Assembly (NCBI RefSeq): GCF_041886205.1
Contig: NZ_CP169029.1
From: Escherichia coli
GTDB taxonomy: Bacteria; Pseudomonadota; Gammaproteobacteria; Enterobacterales; Enterobacteriaceae
DNA length: 64,000 bases
Reading direction: 5' to 3' (one strand)
Under the pieces are notes generated by a model. The model saw nothing but the letters and a program-made list of their open reading frames with translations. It was not told the origin of the DNA and made no database searches. The position numbers and the translations under genes were made by a program. Positions 46,652-58,952 of the stretch are shown here, in pieces; the stretch's first letter is position 1, and the number at the start of each line of letters is the position of its first letter.

Positions 46652-49396
46652 GTGAATTTAACCCTGACCCGAAGACTCTGGATGGGCTTTGCCCTGATGG
46701 CGCTGTTAACCCTGACCAGTACCCTGGTGGGATGGTACAACCTGCGCTTTATCAGCCAGGTGGAAAAAGACAACACTCAGGCATTGATTCCTACCATGAA
46801 TATGGCGCGCCAGTTGAGCGAAGCCAGCGCCTGGGAACTTTTCGCCGCGCAGAACCTGACCAGTGCCGATAACGAAAAGATGTGGCAGGCGCAGGGGCGA
46901 ATGCTCACCGCACAAAGCCTGAAGATTAATGCGTTGCTGCAAGCGTTACGGGAACAAGGTTTTGATACCACCGCTATTGAACAACAGGAGCAGGAGATCT
47001 CCCGTTCGTTACGTCAGCAAGGGGAACTGGTGGGGCAGCGTTTGCAACTGCGCCAGCAACAACAGCAACTCAGTCAGCAGATAGTCGCTGCCGCCGATGA
47101 GATCGCACGCCTGGCGCAAGGTCAGGCGAATAATGCGGCAACCTCCGCCGGAGCGACCCAGGCCGGGATTTACGATTTGATCGAACAAGATCAGCGTCAG
47201 GCTGCTGAAAGTGCACTCGACCGGCTGATTGATATCGATCTTGAGTATGTTAACCAGATGAATGAACTGCGCCTTAGCGCCCTGCGGGTGCAGCAAATGG
47301 TGATGAATCTGGGGCTGGAACAGATCCAGAAAAATGCGCCAATGCTGGAAAAGCAGCTCAATAATGCGGTGAAAATTCTGCAACGTCGGCAAATACGCAT
47401 TGAAGATCCGGGTGTTCGCGCGCAGGTCGCAACAACGTTAACTACCGTTAGCCAATATAGCGATTTGCTGGCGCTGTATCAGCAGGACAGTGAAATCAGC
47501 AATCACCTACAAACTCTCGCCCAAAATAACATCGCCCAGTTCGCGCAGTTTAGCAGCGAAGTCAGTCAGCTGGTCGACACCATTGAGCTGCGTAATCAGC
47601 ACGGACTGGCGCATCTGGAAAAAGCCAGTGCACGCGGGCAATACAGCCTGTTATTGCTGGGGATGGTTTCACTTTGCGCACTGATTCTGATCCTCTGGCG
47701 CGTGGTTTATCGCTCAGTCACGCGTCCACTTGCCGAACAAACGCAGGCGCTGCAACGGCTGCTGGACGGTGATATTGACTCCCCTTTCCCGGAAACCGCT
47801 GGCGTACGGGAGCTGGATACCATCGGGCGGCTGATGGATGCGTTTCGCAGCAGTGTTCATGCACTGAATCGCCACCGCGAACAGCTGGCGGCGCAGGTCA
47901 AAGCGCGTACAGCTGAATTGCAGGAACTGGTGATAGAACACCGACAGGCACGGGCGGAAGCAGAAAAAGCCAGCCAGGCAAAATCGGCGTTTCTGGCGGC
48001 GATGAGCCATGAGATCCGCACACCGCTGTACGGTATTCTCGGCACTGCTCAACTGCTGGCAGATAACCCCGCACTTAACGCCCAGCGTGATGATTTGCGG
48101 GCGATTACCGACTCTGGCGAATCGTTGCTGACCATCCTGAACGATATTCTCGATTATTCGGCTATCGAAGCGGGTGGCAAGAATGTTTCGGTCAGCGATG
48201 AGCCCTTTGAACCGCGCCCGCTGCTGGAAAGTACCCTGCAATTAATGAGCGGACGGGTGAAAGGTCGCCCGATTCGCCTGGCAACGGCAATTGCCGATGA
48301 TGTACCGAGCGCGTTAATGGGCGATCCACGACGTATTCGTCAGGTCATTACCAACCTATTGAGCAATGCCCTGCGTTTTACTGACGAAGGGCAGATCGTT
48401 TTACGTAGCCGCACTGATGGCGAGCAATGGCTGGTCGAAGTGGAAGACAGCGGCTGCGGTATTGATCCCGCGAAACTGGCAGAAATCTTCCAGCCATTTG
48501 TGCAGGTAAGCGGCAAACGCGGCGGCACCGGGCTGGGGCTGACTATCAGTAGCCGTCTGGCCCAGGCGATGGGCGGCGAACTCAGCGCCACCAGCACGCC
48601 GGAGGTTGGAAGCTGTTTTTGTTTACGCTTGCCGTTACGTGTTGCCACGGCACCCGTGCCAAAAACAGTCAATCAGGCGGTGCGTCTTGACGGTTTACGT
48701 TTGCTGTTAATTGAAGATAACCCGCTAACCCAGCGAATTACCGTTGAGATGCTGAACACCAGTGGTGCGCAGGTTGTTGCTGTTGGCAATGCCGCGCAGG
48801 CTTTAGAGACACTGCAAAATAGCGAACCGTTTGCTGCCGCACTGGTGGATTTTGATCTGCCGGATGTCGACGGCATTACGCTTGCCCGACAACTGGCACA
48901 GCAATATCCGTCGCTGGTTTTGATTGGCTTTAGCGCCCATGTCATTGACGAAACGCTGCGCCAGCGTACCAGTTCATTATTCCGCGGGATTATCCCTAAA
49001 CCGGTGCCGCGTGAAGTGCTCGGTCAGTTACTGGCGCACTATCTCCAACTGCAAGTCAATAACGATCAATCGCTGGATGTATCGCAACTCAATGAAGATG
49101 CTCAGTTAATGGGGACGGAGAAGATCCACGAATGGCTGGTATTATTTACACAACATGCCCTGCCGCTTCTCGATGAAATCGACATTGCCCGCGCCAGTCA
49201 GGATAGCGAGAAAATAAAGCGTGCCGCGCATCAGCTAAAAAGCAGTTGCTCGAGTTTGGGAATGCGTATCGCCAGCCAGCTATGCGCACAACTGGAGCAG
49301 CAGCCATTATCTGCCCCCCTTCCACACGAAGAAATTACACGCAGTGTTGCCGCTCTGGAAGCATGGTTGCATAAGAAAGACCTGAACGCGATTTGA
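46652..49396 (+). CDS. torS: Hybrid sensor kinase TorS
   Basis: 914-aa ORF with HisKA (MSHEIRTP), receiver and HPt domains. Confidence 0.95.
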   Translation: MNLTLTRRLWMGFALMALLTLTSTLVGWYNLRFISQVEKDNTQALIPTMNMARQLSEASAWELFAAQNLTSADNEKMWQAQGRMLTAQSLKINALLQALREQGFDTTAIEQQEQEISRSLRQQGELVGQRLQLRQQQQQLSQQIVAAADEIARLAQGQANNAATSAGATQAGIYDLIEQDQRQAAESALDRLIDIDLEYVNQMNELRLSALRVQQMVMNLGLEQIQKNAPMLEKQLNNAVKILQRRQIRIEDPGVRAQVATTLTTVSQYSDLLALYQQDSEISNHLQTLAQNNIAQFAQFSSEVSQLVDTIELRNQHGLAHLEKASARGQYSLLLLGMVSLCALILILWRVVYRSVTRPLAEQTQALQRLLDGDIDSPFPETAGVRELDTIGRLMDAFRSSVHALNRHREQLAAQVKARTAELQELVIEHRQARAEAEKASQAKSAFLAAMSHEIRTPLYGILGTAQLLADNPALNAQRDDLRAITDSGESLLTILNDILDYSAIEAGGKNVSVSDEPFEPRPLLESTLQLMSGRVKGRPIRLATAIADDVPSALMGDPRRIRQVITNLLSNALRFTDEGQIVLRSRTDGEQWLVEVEDSGCGIDPAKLAEIFQPFVQVSGKRGGTGLGLTISSRLAQAMGGELSATSTPEVGSCFCLRLPLRVATAPVPKTVNQAVRLDGLRLLLIEDNPLTQRITVEMLNTSGAQVVAVGNAAQALETLQNSEPFAAALVDFDLPDVDGITLARQLAQQYPSLVLIGFSAHVIDETLRQRTSSLFRGIIPKPVPREVLGQLLAHYLQLQVNNDQSLDVSQLNEDAQLMGTEKIHEWLVLFTQHALPLLDEIDIARASQDSEKIKRAAHQLKSSCSSLGMRIASQLCAQLEQQPLSAPLPHEEITRSVAALEAWLHKKDLNAI

Positions 49397-49467
49397 ATCA
49401 ATATCAGCCAGTTAAGAACAACTAGAATAGTGGCATTTGGTATGCAACTTAACGGACTGGCAAAATC

Positions 49468-50541
49468 ATGGCAGAGAAAAAAAGAACCCGCTGGCAGCGG
49501 CGGCCAGGCACGACGGGCGGCAAATTACCGTGGAATGACTGGCGCAATGCCACGACCTGGCGTAAAGCGACGCAATTATTACTGTTGGCAATGAATATTT
49601 ATATTGCCATCACGTTCTGGTATTGGGTGCGCTATTATGAAACGGCAAGTAGCACGACATTTGTCGCCAGACCGGGAGGTATCGAAGGCTGGCTACCGAT
49701 TGCCGGTCTGATGAATCTGAAATATAGCCTTACAACAGGTCAGTTACCGTCCGTCCACGCCGCCGCGATGCTGTTATTGGTCGCTTTTATCGTCATCAGT
49801 CTATTACTCAAAAAGGCCTTTTGCTCATGGTTATGCCCGGTTGGTACGCTTTCTGAATTAATCGGCGATCTCGGTAACAAACTGTTTGGTCGGCAATGTG
49901 TCCTTCCCCGCTGGCTGGATATTCCTCTGCGCGGCGTGAAGTATTTGCTGTTGAGTTTTTTTCTCTATATCGCGTTATTGATGCCCGCTCAGGCGATTCA
50001 CTATTTTATGTTGTCGCCCTACAGCGTGGTGATGGACGTTAAAATGCTCGATTTCTTTCGTCATATGGGGACCGCGACATTAATCAGCGTGACCGTTTTG
50101 CTGATTGCCAGCCTGTTTATTCGCCATGCCTGGTGTCGTTATCTTTGCCCATATGGCGCGCTGATGGGCGTGGTTTCGCTATTGTCGCCGTTTAAGATTC
50201 GTCGCAATGCCGAAAGTTGTATCGACTGTGGCAAATGCGTAAAAAATTGCCCATCACGGATCCCGGTAGATAAATTAATTCAGGTACGAACAGTGGAATG
50301 TACCGGCTGTATGACTTGCGTAGAGTCATGTCCGGTAGCCTCAACATTGACCTTTTCACTGCAAAAACCTGCGGCAAATAAAAAAGCTTTTGCGTTGTCT
50401 GGCTGGTTAATGACGCTACTGGTTCTGGGGATTATGTTCGCGGTGATTGGTTACGCAATGTATGCGGGAGTATGGCAAAGCCCGGTGCCGGAGGAATTGT
50501 ACCGACGCTTAATTCCACAAGCGCCAATGATTGGTCACTAA
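49468..50541 (+). CDS. yccM: Membrane 4Fe-4S ferredoxin-type protein YccM
   Basis: 357-aa ORF with CxxCxxCxxxCP clusters. Confidence 0.9.
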   Translation: MAEKKRTRWQRRPGTTGGKLPWNDWRNATTWRKATQLLLLAMNIYIAITFWYWVRYYETASSTTFVARPGGIEGWLPIAGLMNLKYSLTTGQLPSVHAAAMLLLVAFIVISLLLKKAFCSWLCPVGTLSELIGDLGNKLFGRQCVLPRWLDIPLRGVKYLLLSFFLYIALLMPAQAIHYFMLSPYSVVMDVKMLDFFRHMGTATLISVTVLLIASLFIRHAWCRYLCPYGALMGVVSLLSPFKIRRNAESCIDCGKCVKNCPSRIPVDKLIQVRTVECTGCMTCVESCPVASTLTFSLQKPAANKKAFALSGWLMTLLVLGIMFAVIGYAMYAGVWQSPVPEELYRRLIPQAPMIGH

Positions 50542-50589
50542 ATTAGCAACAAGCGGAACATCACCTCGCACGGGGTGATGTTCACAAAA

Positions 50590-50763
50590 TCACATTATTT
50601 TGATTTTGACATCATAACTTTCAAGCCCGGTCATTTTTTCTCGTGCGGTGAAGCGAATTTCAGAGACTTCTTTCCCTGTATTCTTGTTCAGCTCGGCGAT
50701 TTTTTGCGCGATAAAGTCGGCGATTTCCGTTTCGGCTTGTTTTTTTAACTCTTCAATATTCAC
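50590..50763 (-). CDS. gnsA: GnsA (GTG start)
   Basis: Manual translation VNIEELKKQAETEIADFIAQKIAELNKNTGKEVSEIRFTAREKMTGLESYDVKIKIM; not in supplied ORF track. Confidence 0.8.
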   Translation of the reverse strand: MNIEELKKQAETEIADFIAQKIAELNKNTGKEVSEIRFTAREKMTGLESYDVKIKIM

Positions 50764-50983
50764 TGTTAACCTCTTCTGGTCTTAAAAGACAGCAACACGC
50801 CAGTAAGGTGTTGGTTCCCGGTACCCTGGTCAGGTAAGAAATGTTATAAGCCATCTCCCCGAAAGATTCAATAATCAACAGGTTATCGCTTACTATACAT
50901 ACAGCGTTGAAGAAAAATAAGGCAGATATAAAAAAGGCTCCACGAGGGAGCCTGATATTATTTTGTGAAATCCAGCGGCGCAT
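50753..50983 (-). CDS. ymcE: Cold-shock-locus small protein YmcE
   Basis: 76-aa product from MRRWISQNNIRLPRG... within ORF 50753..51016. Confidence 0.7.
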   Translation of the reverse strand: MRRWISQNNIRLPRGAFFISALFFFNAVCIVSDNLLIIESFGEMAYNISYLTRVPGTNTLLACCCLLRPEEVNSEY

Positions 50984-51156
50984 GGTCAGTGCGTATTTGC
51001 AGCGCGACGTTATCAAAGGTGATCATCGTCGATTTACAAAAAATACACTTAGCGCCCAAAGGGTTTCGCTCCGTCACATCGAATGCCGATGTGCGGTACT
51101 GTGAACCATGACAACATGGACAGCGGAAATGGAGATGTTGAGTAATAATGGCAACC

Positions 51157-51369
51157 TTAGAGCGTAACAACGTTCGCTGCCGCGGGGCCACGTTGCCCCT
51201 GCTCAATAGAAAATTCAACTTTCTGATTTTCGTTCAGCGTGCGGAATTCATTGCTCTGGATGGCGGTGAAATGGACGAAAACGTCTTTGCTGCCATCATC
51301 AGGAGTGATAAAGCCAAAACCTTTATCTGCGTTAAACCATTTTACTAAACCAGTCATTTTATTAGACAT
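51157..51369 (-). CDS. cspG: Cold shock protein CspG
   Basis: 70-aa CSD protein ([21 protein letters not shown]). Confidence 0.9.
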   Translation of the reverse strand: MSNKMTGLVKWFNADKGFGFITPDDGSKDVFVHFTAIQSNEFRTLNENQKVEFSIEQGQRGPAAANVVTL

Positions 51370-51654
51370 ATTTTACTTCCTTCATTTTGGGCCTTTCGGC
51401 AAACAGGGCTTTAATACAGAAACTACTTAGTGTTCAGGAGAGAGACTCAAAAGAAGGGGATAATGCCTGATAATGAGAACTGCTTTAGTAAACTACTTTG
51501 TATGCTGTCTGTCTTTCAAACCGACGCAGCTATTAACGCATGATAATTGAGATTAAGCAAATTTTATTTTAGCCGTCCGGCGGTCTTAAATATCGCTGGC
51601 TTTATTTTATTAACCCCGTATAGTGCAGCGCAGTATTTTCAGTAAGGAATTTGT

Positions 51655-51867
51655 TTGTCCCGTAAAATGACAGGAATTGTCAAAACCTTTGATCGCAAAA
51701 GCGGCAAAGGATTCATTATCCCCTCCGACGGTCGTAAAGAAGTTCAGGTCCATATTTCCGCATTCACTCCCCGCGACGCAGAAGTGCTTATACCAGGATT
51801 ACGTGTGGAATTTTGCCGCGTAAATGGCCTGCGAGGACCAACAGCGGCAAATGTTTATCTCTCTTAA
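51655..51867 (+). CDS. cspH: Cold shock-like protein CspH
   Basis: 70-aa CSD protein ([21 protein letters not shown]). Confidence 0.9.
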
Positions 51868-52355
51868 TATGACGCTGCTTGTTTAAAGCTGACTGGTTTT
51901 ATTGGAATAGTGCAATAGTCAACATCATACATTATAACATCAGTTACTTTTCCACAAAGAAACTAATCCATTTAAGCGAATATCTCTGCACCTAATAGTT
52001 ATAAATGCCATTTAACAGCCAGTTATAGTACCACTTGAAACTATATTACCAACAATAATTAATAGCTTTCGTAACAATTTCCTTATCTTTAATTTGTATT
52101 TTGCTAAGATTTATCTTATGCTCACAAGTCGTATTTCCAGAGGGGGATAGTTAACAATCTTATATTTCCCTCTGCGCGCCTTTCCTACCCGCAGTATATA
52201 GTGCAAGCGGTATGAGGAAAGGGAGATTTCACAAGGATGTTATACTCAAAGTAGACAATCCTGATCTCAAGCGTACGTATTGTCCATGCGATGAATAAAG
52301 GAAAAGTTATGAAACACAAGCTTTCTGATCCTACCCACGTAATGTGGACACGGCC

Positions 52356-53222
52356 CTAAGCGAGATTATGGTTTTCAAATTGTTCCGGGCTGAGACCGCC
52401 ACAGGCACTGTGACGACGCCAGCGATTGTAATCACACTCGATATAATTAAACACCGTTGCCCGCATTATTTCCCGGCTGCTAAAGCGTTCTCCATGGATA
52501 CATTCCACTTTCAGCGAATGAAAGAAGCTTTCCACGCAGGCATTATCGTAGCAGCAACCTTTTGCGCTCATACTTCCACGCAGATTATGCCGCTTCAGTT
52601 GCGCCTGATAATCTGCTGAACAGTACTGGCCTCCACGGTCCGTGTGAACGATAACGTTCCGGGGCCTCTTACGCCGCCACAGCGCCATCTGCAGGGCATC
52701 GCAGGCCAGTTGCGCCGTCATGCGTGGCGACATTGACCAGCCAATAACGGCACGTGACCACAGGTCAATGACCACTGCCAGATACAGCCAGCCTTCATCT
52801 GTACGTAAGTACGTGATGTCTCCTGCCCACTTCTGGTTCGGGCCACTGGCGTAAAAATCCTGCTCCAACAGATTTTCTGACACAGGCAGGCCGTTTGCGC
52901 GGTAGCTGACCGGGCTGAACTTCCGGGAGGCCTTTGCCCTCAGTCCCTGACGGCGCAGGCTTGCCGCCACGGTTTTTACGTTAAAGGGGTAACCCTGAGC
53001 ACGCAGTTCATCCGTCAGGCGTGGGGCACCGTAACGCTGTTTTGACCGGGTAAAAGCCGCGAGGACAACGCTGTCGCAGTGTTGGCGGAACTGCTGACGC
53101 GTGCTTATCCTTGTCCGCCGCTGACACCACGTATACCAGCCGCTGCGGGCCACCCGGAGCACGCGGCACATTGCTTTGATGCTGAACTCAGCCTGATGTT
53201 TTTCAATAAAGACATACTTCAT
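52356..53222 (-). CDS. insF: IS3 transposase OrfB (DDE integrase domain)
   Basis: 288-aa ORF matching IS3 InsF. Confidence 0.9.
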   Translation of the reverse strand: MKYVFIEKHQAEFSIKAMCRVLRVARSGWYTWCQRRTRISTRQQFRQHCDSVVLAAFTRSKQRYGAPRLTDELRAQGYPFNVKTVAASLRRQGLRAKASRKFSPVSYRANGLPVSENLLEQDFYASGPNQKWAGDITYLRTDEGWLYLAVVIDLWSRAVIGWSMSPRMTAQLACDALQMALWRRKRPRNVIVHTDRGGQYCSADYQAQLKRHNLRGSMSAKGCCYDNACVESFFHSLKVECIHGERFSSREIMRATVFNYIECDYNRWRRHSACGGLSPEQFENHNLA

Positions 53223-53518
53223 TTCAGGCGCTTCGCGAAGTATGTCGCGGCCTTTTGGAGGATAGCCAGCTCTTCATCCCGTTCTGCCAGCTGGCGTTTG
53301 AGACGTGCAATCTCGGTAGACATCTCCAGTTCACGTTCAGAAGACGTCTGCTGATTTTGCTGTTTACTGCGCCAGTTGTAGAGTTGTGATTCATACAGGC
53401 TGAGTTCACGGGCTGCGGCAGTAACACCGATGCGTTCAGCAAGCTTCAGGGCTTCACTGCGAAATTCAGGCGAATGCTGTTTACGGGGTTTTTTACTGGT
53501 TGATACTGTTTTTGTCAT
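53219..53518 (-). CDS. insE: IS3 OrfA (HTH)
   Basis: 99-aa product from [19 protein letters not shown]... Confidence 0.9.
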   Translation of the reverse strand: MTKTVSTSKKPRKQHSPEFRSEALKLAERIGVTAAARELSLYESQLYNWRSKQQNQQTSSERELEMSTEIARLKRQLAERDEELAILQKAATYFAKRLK

Positions 53519-53830
53519 GTGAGTCACCTCTGACTGAGAGTTTACTCACTTAGCCGCGTGTCCACTATTGCTGGGTAAGATCAGCTGCTGGCGCTGTCGG
53601 CACGGCGACAGTTGTCGGTGTGGCAACGGCTGTTGGTGTGGCGACGTTGGCAGTTGTTGCAGCAAATGACAGTGGCGATGGCGGTTCTCATAACACCTCA
53701 ACCACCACGTCCACTACACGCTAATACTGCTTTAACGCGTCGAAATTAAAGTTAAATGATACCCGGTTGCGATATTCGTACCGGGCTTTAGAGATTTGCA
53801 TTTTTTTAATTAACCTTTCAAGGATTAAAG

Positions 53831-54475
53831 GTGCGCCCTCTTATTTTATCGATTTTCGCACTATTTCTTGCGGGATGTACGCACAGCCAGCAAAGTATGG
53901 TCGATACATTTCGCGCCAGCCTTTTCGATAATCAGGATATCACCGTAGCGGATCAGCAGATCCAGGCGTTGCCTTATTCCACTATGTATTTACGCCTTAA
54001 TGAAGGGCAACGAATCTTTGTGGTACTGGGATATATAGAACAAGAACAAAGCAAATGGTTATCCCAGGATAACGCCATGCTGGTTACCCACAATGGACGT
54101 CTTTTAAAAACCGTCAAACTTAATAATAATCTGCTGGAAGTGACAAATTCCGGGCAGGACCCTCTGCGTAACGCGCTGGCAATAAAAGATGGCAGCCGCT
54201 GGACGCGCGATATTCTCTGGAGTGAAGACAACCATTTTCGCTCTGCGACCCTGAGTTCTACTTTTTCCTTTGCTGGATTAGAGACGCTGAATATTGCGGG
54301 TCGCAATGTGCTGTGTAATGTCTGGCAGGAAGAGGTGACTTCCACGCGGCCAGAAAAACAGTGGCAAAACACATTCTGGGTCGATTCGGCTACTGGCCAG
54401 GTTCGTCAAAGTCGGCAAATGTTAGGCGCAGGGGTTATTCCCGTAGAAATGACGTTTCTTAAACCCGCACCATGA
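53831..54475 (+). CDS. gfcB: Lipoprotein GfcB
   Basis: 214-aa ORF with lipobox (LAGC); operon order. Confidence 0.85.
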   Translation: MRPLILSIFALFLAGCTHSQQSMVDTFRASLFDNQDITVADQQIQALPYSTMYLRLNEGQRIFVVLGYIEQEQSKWLSQDNAMLVTHNGRLLKTVKLNNNLLEVTNSGQDPLRNALAIKDGSRWTRDILWSEDNHFRSATLSSTFSFAGLETLNIAGRNVLCNVWQEEVTSTRPEKQWQNTFWVDSATGQVRQSRQMLGAGVIPVEMTFLKPAP

Positions 54476-55218
54476 ATAAATTACAGTCGTATTTCATTGC
54501 CAGCGTACTTTACGTAATGACACCCCATGCCTTTGCGCAAGGAACGGTGACTATTTATCTGCCTGGCGAACAACAGACACTTTCCGTTGGCCCCATGGAA
54601 AATGTTGTCCAGTTGGTGACACAACCGCAACTGCGCGATCGCCTCTGGTGGCCTGGTGCCTTGCTGACCGACTCTGCGGCGAAAGCTAAAGCGCTTAAAG
54701 ACTACCAACATGTCATGGCACAGCTTGCTTCCTGGGAAGCAGAAGCTGACGACGATGTGGCGGCAACGATTAAATCCGTGCGCCAGCAGTTACTCAATCT
54801 CAATATCACTGGTCGCTTACCGGTCAAACTGGACCCTGATTTTGTACGAGTGGATGAGAACAGCAATCCCCCGTTGGTCGGGGACTATACGCTCTATACC
54901 GTACAGCGTCCGGTGACTATTACTCTGCTGGGTGCGGTTTCTGGGGCCGGGCAATTGCCCTGGCAGGCAGGCCGTAGCGTTACCGATTATCTGCAAGATC
55001 ACCCCCGCCTTGCAGGCGCGGACAAGAATAACGTTATGGTGATTACGCCTGAGGGTGAGACTGTCGTCGCCCCTGTTGCCCTGTGGAATAAAAGACATGT
55101 GGAACCACCGCCTGGCAGCCAGCTTTGGTTGGGCTTTTCTGCGCATGTACTGCCCGAAAAATATGCTGATTTAAATGACCAGATTGTGTCTGTTTTAACG
55201 CAACGTGTTCCTGACTGA
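54472..55218 (+). CDS. gfcC: GfcC
   Basis: 248-aa ORF with signal peptide; operon order. Confidence 0.85.
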   Translation: MNKLQSYFIASVLYVMTPHAFAQGTVTIYLPGEQQTLSVGPMENVVQLVTQPQLRDRLWWPGALLTDSAAKAKALKDYQHVMAQLASWEAEADDDVAATIKSVRQQLLNLNITGRLPVKLDPDFVRVDENSNPPLVGDYTLYTVQRPVTITLLGAVSGAGQLPWQAGRSVTDYLQDHPRLAGADKNNVMVITPEGETVVAPVALWNKRHVEPPPGSQLWLGFSAHVLPEKYADLNDQIVSVLTQRVPD

Positions 55219-57314
55219 TGAAGAAGAATTCTTATCTTTTAAGCTGCCTGGCCATTGCCGTCTCCAGTGCCTGTCATGCTGAAGTATTAACCTACCCGGA
55301 TCCGCTGGGTTCGTCGCAATCAGACTATGGCGGCACAGGATTGTTGCAGATGCCAAATGCGCGCATCGCACCGGAAGGTGAATTCAGCGTCAACTACCGG
55401 GATAACGATCAATACCGGTTCTACTCCACCTCCGTGGCGCTGTTCCCATGGCTGGAAGGCACCATTCGTTATACGGATGTGCGCACACGCAAATATAGCC
55501 AGTGGGAAGATTTCAGCGGCGATCAGTCATACAAAGACAAATCATTCGATTTTAAACTTCGCCTGTGGGAAGAAGGTTACTGGCTACCGCAAGTGGCGTT
55601 TGGTAAACGTGATATTGCTGGTACGGGTCTGTTTGACGGTGAGTATCTGGTGGCCAGCAAGCAAGCGGGGCCATTTGATTTCACCCTCGGGATGGCATGG
55701 GGCTACGCCGGTAATGCGGGCAATATTACCAACCCGTTTTGCCGGGTGAGCGATAAATATTGTCATCGCGCAGAGTCTCACGATGCGGGCGATATCAGCT
55801 TTAGCGATATCTTTCGTGGCCCGGCTTCCATCTTTGGCGGCATTGAGTATCAAACGCCGTGGAATCCCCTGCGTCTGAAACTCGAATACGATGGCAACAA
55901 TTACCAGAATGATTTCGCTGGCAAACTGCCTCAGGCAAGCCATTTCAACGTCGGCGCAGTTTATCGCGCTGCCAGCTGGGCAGATCTCAACCTGAGTTAT
56001 GAACGCGGTAACACGTTGATGTTTGGCTTCACGTTACGGACCAATTTCAACGATCTGCGCCCTGCCCTGCGCGATACGCCAAAACCGGCATATCAACCTG
56101 CGCCTGAATCTGAAGGATTGCAGTACACCACAGTAGCGAACCAACTTACCGCGCTGAAGTACAACGCAGGTTTTGAAGCACCGGAAATTCAGCTGCGCGA
56201 TAAGACGCTGTATATGTCTGGTCAACAATACAAATACCGTGATTCTCGCGAAGCGGTCGATCGTGCCAACCGGATTCTGGTGAATAACCTGCCGCAAGGC
56301 GTTGAGAAGATTAGCGTGACGCAAAAGCGCGAGCATATGGCGATGGTGACTACCGAAACCGACGTAGCCAGCCTGCGCAAACAGCTGGCTGGTACAGCGC
56401 CTGGTCAATCAGAGCAACTTCAACAACAACGTGTTGAAGCAGAAGATCTTTCTGCCTTTGGTCGGGGCTACCGTATTCGTGAAGATCGCTTTAGCTACTC
56501 TTTCAACCCAACACTTTCACAGTCGCTGGGCGGCCCGGAAGATTTCTATATGTTCCAGCTGGGGCTGATGTCCAGTGCCCGCTACTGGTTTACCGACCAC
56601 CTGCTGCTTGATGGCGGTATTTTCACCAATATTTACAACAACTACGACAAGTTTAAGTCTTCGCTGTTGCCCGCGGACTCTACCCTGCCCCGCGTGCGCA
56701 CGCATATCCGTGACTACGTTCGCAATGACGTTTATCTCAACAACTTGCAGGCGAACTATTTTGCTGACTTAGGCAATGGTTTCTATGGCCAGGTGTATGG
56801 CGGTTATCTGGAAACGATGTACGCCGGTGTCGGTTCCGAGCTGCTTTATCGCCCGCTAGATGCCTGCTGGGCGCTGGGTGTGGACGTTAACTACGTGAAG
56901 CAACGTGACTGGGACAACATGATGCGTTTCACCGATTATTCCACGCCAACAGGTTTCGTGACGGCTTACTGGAACCCGCCGACGCTCAATGGCGTACTGA
57001 TGAAACTTAGCGTTGGGCAATATCTGGCAAAAGATAAAGGCGCAACGATCGACGTCGCCAAACGCTTTGACAGCGGCGTGGCGGTAGGGGTATGGGCGGC
57101 AATCAGTAACGTATCTAAAGATGACTACGGCGAAGGCGGCTTTAGTAAAGGTTTTTATATCTCGATTCCATTCGACTTGATGACCATTGGACCTAACCGC
57201 AACCGCGCGGTGGTTTCGTGGACACCATTGACGCGTGATGGTGGACAAATGCTGTCACGCAAATACCAGCTCTATCCAATGACGGCAGAGCGAGAAGTAC
57301 CGGTTGGACAATAA
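55218..57314 (+). CDS. gfcD: Outer membrane protein GfcD
   Basis: 698-aa ORF with signal peptide; operon order. Confidence 0.85.
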   Translation: MKKNSYLLSCLAIAVSSACHAEVLTYPDPLGSSQSDYGGTGLLQMPNARIAPEGEFSVNYRDNDQYRFYSTSVALFPWLEGTIRYTDVRTRKYSQWEDFSGDQSYKDKSFDFKLRLWEEGYWLPQVAFGKRDIAGTGLFDGEYLVASKQAGPFDFTLGMAWGYAGNAGNITNPFCRVSDKYCHRAESHDAGDISFSDIFRGPASIFGGIEYQTPWNPLRLKLEYDGNNYQNDFAGKLPQASHFNVGAVYRAASWADLNLSYERGNTLMFGFTLRTNFNDLRPALRDTPKPAYQPAPESEGLQYTTVANQLTALKYNAGFEAPEIQLRDKTLYMSGQQYKYRDSREAVDRANRILVNNLPQGVEKISVTQKREHMAMVTTETDVASLRKQLAGTAPGQSEQLQQQRVEAEDLSAFGRGYRIREDRFSYSFNPTLSQSLGGPEDFYMFQLGLMSSARYWFTDHLLLDGGIFTNIYNNYDKFKSSLLPADSTLPRVRTHIRDYVRNDVYLNNLQANYFADLGNGFYGQVYGGYLETMYAGVGSELLYRPLDACWALGVDVNYVKQRDWDNMMRFTDYSTPTGFVTAYWNPPTLNGVLMKLSVGQYLAKDKGATIDVAKRFDSGVAVGVWAAISNVSKDDYGEGGFSKGFYISIPFDLMTIGPNRNRAVVSWTPLTRDGGQMLSRKYQLYPMTAEREVPVGQ

Positions 57315-57359
57315 CCTGACGTAATTCATAACATTACATTGACTGATAAATATAAACCA

Positions 57360-58499
57360 ATGAAAAAGAACATTTTTAAGTTTTCGGTACTGACATTGGC
57401 TGTTCTGTCTTTGACAGCATGTACCCTTGTTCCTGGTCAGAATTTATCGACCAGTAACAAGGATGTCATTGAACTACCTGACAATCAGTATGACCTGGAC
57501 AAAATGGTCAATATCTATCCCGTCACGCCAGGATTGATTGATCAGTTGCGCGCCAAACCGATTATGTCGCAGGCTAACCCGGAGCTGGAGCAGCAAATCG
57601 CAAACTATGAATATCGTATCGGGATTGGTGATGTGTTGATGGTTACGGTCTGGGATCACCCGGAACTAACCACCCCCGCAGGGCAATACCGTAGCGCCAG
57701 TGATACCGGCAACTGGGTTAACGCCGATGGTGCGATTTTCTACCCCTATATTGGTCGCCTGAAAGTGGCCGGGAAAACACTTACCCAGGTACGCAACGAG
57801 ATTACAGCGCGTCTCGATTCAGTCATTGAAAGCCCGCAAGTCGATGTCAGCGTCGCGGCGTTCCGATCGCAAAAAGCGTACGTCACCGGCGAAGTCAGCA
57901 AATCGGGTCAACAGCCGATTACCAATATTCCTCTGACCATCATGGATGCGATTAACGCCGCGGGCGGTCTGACCGCAGATGCAGACTGGCGCAACGTGGT
58001 GCTCACCCAGAATGGCGTAAAGACCAAAGTGAACCTCTATGCGCTGATGCAGCGTGGCGACTTGCGCCAGAACAAACTGCTGCACCCGGGCGATATTTTA
58101 TTTATTCCGCGCAACGATGATCTGAAAGTCTTCGTGATGGGTGAAGTGGGTAAACAGAGCACGCTGAAAATGGACCGCAGCGGTATGACCCTGGCGGAAG
58201 CGCTGGGTAACGCTGAGGGTATGAATCAGGATGTCGCTGATGCGACGGGGATTTTTGTTATTCGTGCAACGCAAAACAAGCAGAATGGCAAAATCGCCAA
58301 TATTTATCAGCTGAATGCGAAGGACGCATCGGCAATGATACTCGGAACGGAATTCCAGCTTGAACCTTACGACATTGTTTATGTCACTACCGCGCCGCTG
58401 GCTCGTTGGAACCGTGTGATTTCTCTGCTGGTACCGACGATTTCCGGGGTGCATGACCTGACAGAGACTTCACGGTGGATTCAAACATGGCCCAACTAA
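57360..58499 (+). CDS. gfcE: Wza-like outer membrane polysaccharide export lipoprotein GfcE
   Basis: Start [21 protein letters not shown]... (379 aa). Confidence 0.85.
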
Positions 58500-58933
58500 A
58501 ATTTAACTCAATCCTGGTGGTTTGTACCGGCAACATTTGCCGTTCGCCCATTGGCGAGCGCTTGCTGCGTAAACGTCTGCCGGGCGTAAAAGTCAAATCG
58601 GCAGGTGTTCATGGTCTGGTAAAACACCCTGCAGATGCGACAGCGGCAGATGTTGCCGCTAATCATGGCGTATCTCTTGAAGGACATGCCGGACGTAAGC
58701 TCACTGCTGAGATGGCACGAAATTACGATCTGATTCTGGCAATGGAGTCGGAACATATTGCTCAGGTTACCGCAATTGCTCCCGAGGTCCGCGGGAAGAC
58801 AATGCTGTTTGGGCAATGGCTGGAACAGAAAGAGATCCCGGATCCCTATCGTAAAAGTCAGGACGCATTTGAACATGTCTACGGTATGTTGGAGCGCGCC
58901 AGTCAGGAATGGGCGAAGCGCCTCAGCCGGTAA
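58487..58933 (+). CDS. etp: Low-molecular-weight protein-tyrosine phosphatase Etp
   Basis: CTGNICRSP active-site loop; start [12 protein letters not shown]... Confidence 0.9.
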
Positions 58934-58952
58934 TTTGAGTTTATAAAATACG

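Larger units (their letters stand above)
52326..53583 (-). mobile_element. IS3, complete 1258-bp copy
   Basis: Termini TGATCCTACCCACG... at 52326 and ...GCTGGGTAAGATCA at 53583; orfA and orfB in -1 frameshift arrangement; flanking triplets TTC and GCT differ (no target-site duplication). Confidence 0.9.
52309..53724 (+). pseudogene. gfcA: gfcA (group 4 capsule operon first gene) interrupted by IS3 after codon 5
   Basis: ATG AAA CAC AAG CTT TC (MKHKLS) at 52309-52325 runs into the IS3 terminus; Thr-rich 3' remnant (...SHNTSTTTSTTR*) at 53584-53724. Confidence 0.6.
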
